In this document: piece after piece, positions 34,486 through 36,671 of the stretch | Layout: the number at the start of each line of letters is the position of its first letter | Position numbering within the stretch: the first letter of the stretch is position 1 | Translations under genes and position numbers: made by a program | Notes under the pieces: model-generated | Seen by the model: the letters and a program-made list of their open reading frames with translations, nothing else | Databases searched by the model: none | What the model was told of the DNA's origin: nothing | NCBI GenBank assembly: GCA_964455755.1 | Contig: CAYWAK010000004.1 | Coordinates: 1 to 36,671, forward strand | Source: an uncultured Ardenticatenales bacterium | GTDB taxonomy: Bacteria > Chloroflexota > Anaerolineae > Ardenticatenales > JAADHH01 | Reading direction: 5' to 3' | DNA: 36,671 nt

Positions 34486-34887
34486 CTACGCTGCAGCGCT
34501 CACGTAACGCACACTGCCTCCCGGAACTGCCACCGGCGCCGTTTGCAACTGAGATTCGACCGGGGCCATCTGGGCCGCCAGTTGTCGGCTGGCCTCTTCC
34601 CATGCGTCGCGTAGCTCCTGCAGGGTGTCGGAGACTTCGCCCCATTTCCCCTTGCGTGCCAATTCCGCACACCACACGTAAATAGCCATCATACGGTTAG
34701 CAAATTCCGGCTGATCATAATTCAATGCGTCGCGCAGTGTGCCTAGCGCGCGGGTTGTACGCTCCAGATCGTGCTGGTTGCTGCTCTGAATCGCAATGTC
34801 ATAGACCATCACGACCCTTTCCAAAGGGTTCGCACCCACTACTCGATTATTCCGATACGTTTCCAATGCTGTGTTACGGTTTGCCAT
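34486..34887 (-). CDS. fliS: Flagellin-specific chaperone
   Basis: MANRNTALETYRNNRVVGANPLERVVMVYD...IYVWCAELARKG matches the FliS four-helix pattern. The ATG at 34887 has GGAGGA upstream. The track start at 34905 is an extension. Confidence 0.9.
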   Translation of the reverse strand: MANRNTALETYRNNRVVGANPLERVVMVYDIAIQSSNQHDLERTTRALGTLRDALNYDQPEFANRMMAIYVWCAELARKGKWGEVSDTLQELRDAWEEASRQLAAQMAPVESQLQTAPVAVPGGSVRYVSAAA

Positions 34888-34939
34888 CTTTCCTCCGTTT
34901 ATCACGTTCGCTTCCAGCGATCAGTCGTCAGTGTTTTGC

Positions 34940-34996
34940 CCCCCGCAGGGGGAGCAGCTACCAGCCTGGGGCATATCGCCAGAGACTGGTAGCTGC
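34940..34996 (-). terminator. Strong hairpins between fliC and fliS (candidate attenuator/terminator, no U-tract)
   Basis: GCAGCTACCAG (34954-34964) pairs perfectly with CTGGTAGCTGC (34986-34996). An adjacent CCCCC-GCA-GGGGG lies at 34940-34952. Both are ~40-95 nt after the fliC stop. Confidence 0.35.
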
Positions 34997-35035
34997 CAGC
35001 CGTGAGGTTAGAAAATCAACACGGCTCCTACGAGA

Positions 35036-36313
35036 CTACCGGAAAAGGCTCAGAATGGTCTGGGGCGCTACGTTAGCCTGCCCCAGCATAGCCACCGAAG
35101 TTTGCTGCAGGATCGAGAACTTCGTTGCCTGCACCTGCTCGAAAGCCATGTCCGCGTTCATGATGCGGTTGAAAGATGAATCAACGTTCACCTTGTCCAC
35201 GCTCACACTGGCCGCCTGATAGTCCAGCCGGTTCATGGTCGCGCCAATGTAGGCCAAGGCTGTCGCCACGTTGGTATTGGCCGTGTCGATAGCATCCATG
35301 AAGGACTGCGCGTTGGACTGGCTGCTGACCGAGTTGCCGCTCGCCGTATAATCCACACTGTAGAGCGAGCTCTCGGCGCCACTTGCTCCGGCCGCCGTGG
35401 CGACTCCAGCAAGCGAAATCGTGATACCTCGGCCCAAATCGAGTGTGCCTGTGGTCGAGTTCCCCGCAGTAAGCGTGGTGGTCAGTGACGTAGCGGACCC
35501 GCCGCCGGCCGTGCCATCCGCATCCAGGTTGACGACGTTGCCGTTGGTATCTCGCAACGTGATGGAAACCGTCGTCCCTGTTGTCTGGCCATAGCCCTGC
35601 GTGGACACCTCAACGGTGTAATGCCCGCCGGCCATTTGTCCACCGGCCGTGGCATTTGTCGTGCTCGATGTCGCCAGGGTGTTCGTGCTGTAGTCGGTGG
35701 ATAGGTTGGTTGTTGAGATCGCTTTCGCAGCGGAACCAGCCTGGACATCCAGACCGGCCGAGTTGAATGTAGTGGTTGTGCCGGCACTCCATACGTTTTG
35801 GTTCACGTTGAAGCTAAGCCCATCACTGGTTCCAGTGCCTACACCAATCTGGAAGTTAAAGGTTTGCCCGCCTGCGCCTCCTGTGCCGAAGATCTGAACT
35901 CCGGACCACTTGGCCTGCGAGGCCTCAGCATCGATCTGGGTGTTCAGCGTCTCCAGCTCTGTGAGGATGGAAGTGCGTTCGTCAGTACCCAGAGTGTCGT
36001 TTGCAGCTTGTTCCGCCTTGGTCTTCATCACCGCCAGGATGTCTTTGATGTTGTTCAAGTGACCTTCACCGACGGAGACGAGATTCTTGGAGTCTTCGAT
36101 GTTGGAGAGAACTTGCCCAAGCCCCCGAGACTTGAAGTCCAACTTCGTGGCAATACCCAGGCCGGCCGCGTCGTCGGCCGCGCTGTTGATGCGCTTGCCG
36201 GTAGCCAGCCGCAATTGGGATGTCGCCAGTTTCGAGTTGAGCATACGTAATGAGTTTAGGGCTTGCAGTGCCCCAATGTTTGTTGCGATTCTTGTAAAGT
36301 CTGCACCTGCCAT
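35036..36313 (-). CDS. fliC: Flagellin
   Basis: The N-terminus MAGADFTRIATNIGALQALNSLRMLNSKLATSQLRLATGKRINSAADDAAGLGIATKL and the C-terminus ATMNRLDYQ...NADMAFEQVQATKFSILQQTSVAMLGQANVAPQTILSLFR are canonical D0/D1. The central ~190 aa are Thr/Ser/Gly/Ala-rich. The ATG at 36313 has GGAGGTGA 5 nt upstream. The ATG at 36328 lies inside the SD. Confidence 0.92.
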   Translation of the reverse strand: MAGADFTRIATNIGALQALNSLRMLNSKLATSQLRLATGKRINSAADDAAGLGIATKLDFKSRGLGQVLSNIEDSKNLVSVGEGHLNNIKDILAVMKTKAEQAANDTLGTDERTSILTELETLNTQIDAEASQAKWSGVQIFGTGGAGGQTFNFQIGVGTGTSDGLSFNVNQNVWSAGTTTTFNSAGLDVQAGSAAKAISTTNLSTDYSTNTLATSSTTNATAGGQMAGGHYTVEVSTQGYGQTTGTTVSITLRDTNGNVVNLDADGTAGGGSATSLTTTLTAGNSTTGTLDLGRGITISLAGVATAAGASGAESSLYSVDYTASGNSVSSQSNAQSFMDAIDTANTNVATALAYIGATMNRLDYQAASVSVDKVNVDSSFNRIMNADMAFEQVQATKFSILQQTSVAMLGQANVAPQTILSLFR

Positions 36314-36345
36314 TATGATCACCTCCATGCGATCTATTGATTGGA

Positions 36346-36363
36346 AGGGGTTTCCTTACCCCT
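36346..36363 (-). promoter_or_regulatory. GGA-in-loop hairpin in the fliC leader (CsrA-type binding site candidate)
   Basis: Minus-strand RNA reads AGGGGU-AAGGAA-ACCCCU: a 6-bp stem with GGA in the hexaloop, ~33 nt upstream of the ATG. A second GGA lies in the SD (GGAGGUGA). Confidence 0.3.
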
Positions 36364-36578
36364 ATTTCCATTTGTCTTCGCGGAACACTTCCGCTTTACC
36401 AAAAATTCTTACCATCTGTTTCGGATACAATCCGCGTTACGTCCCCCTGCTCCTCAGTTCGAGAAGTAACTCCTGCTTGGGTTGCTTCGTTTGCTCTCCT
36501 CTTTAAGCGGCTGCCTCCTTTCCGGAACAAACAATTCCTCTTTGCTATCACAAGTCTTCAACTATCTGTGACACTTCA

Positions 36579-36605
36579 TTATCGGCAGGGTGTTGAGAAA
36601 CTTTA
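36579..36605 (-). promoter_or_regulatory. Sigma-28 (FliA/SigD) class promoter for fliC
   Basis: Minus strand reads TAAA-GTTTCTCAACACCCT-GCCGATAA, an exact match to the TAAA-N15-GCCGATAA consensus. It lies ~265 nt upstream of the fliC ATG. Confidence 0.65.
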
Positions 36606-36671
36606 GCCATTCAGACGTACTTGTTTACCCCTCTCAGATACACCGCAGAGACGCGGAGAACGCGGAGTAGG

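Noticed and set aside
5656-34685. Many long plus-strand ORFs (for example 5656-6582, 7178-8176, 10128-11036, 11168-12331, 14582-15763, 19455-20915, 22856-24019, 24164-25135, 33600-34685)
   Set aside because: Each is fully antisense to a minus-strand gene with unmistakable family motifs. Their translations are Arg/Gly/His/Pro-rich with no recognisable domain or SD. This is the expected stop-codon-poor antisense frame of high-GC coding DNA.
1-36671. Scan for tRNA/rRNA genes, CRISPR arrays, transposases/integrases, toxin-antitoxin or defence systems
   Set aside because: I found no T-loop-like GGTTCGAATCC-type motifs in intergenic DNA, no regularly spaced direct repeats, and no DDE, tyrosine-recombinase or known defence-gene motifs. 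The only nuclease-like hint is the truncated NERD-like gene at the left edge.

Overview
High-GC window in which all 25 convincing CDS lie on the minus strand. The long plus-strand ORFs in the track are antisense shadows. In transcription order (right to left) there are four blocks.
(1) 36.6-32.1 kb: flagellar filament operon fliC-fliS-fliD-flaG, with a textbook sigma-28 promoter, a ~255 nt GGA-rich leader and a T-tract terminator.
(2) 32.06-29.7 kb: a REC-GAF-HD-GYP response regulator and a sortase.
(3) 29.3-9.4 kb: a ~20 kb overlap-coupled glycan-assembly locus. It holds wzt (with a C-terminal extension), a radical SAM gene, wzm, four cytoplasmic GT-B proteins carrying six GT modules, two secreted glycoside-hydrolase-like proteins and three polytopic GT-C-like membrane proteins.
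(4) A ~1 kb AT-richer non-coding gap, then an acyl-CoA module (two family III CoA-transferases, two paralogous Zn-ribbon proteins, a GNAT::acyl-CoA synthetase fusion), satP and an edge-truncated NERD-like gene.
I recognised no rRNA, tRNA, CRISPR array or transposase.
The most interesting content is block 3. It has a radical SAM/twitch-like enzyme translationally embedded in the Wzm/Wzt exporter, shuffled GT modules, one ~130 aa module found on both sides of the membrane, and a conserved C-terminal tag on three GTs. It also has coiled-coil tails and repeated TTGCnn-N17-TATAAT promoter-like boxes placed for near-leaderless transcripts.
All functional calls come from motif recognition by eye, not database searches. 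The source is probably a monoderm, possibly Chloroflexota-like; this is a low-confidence guess.
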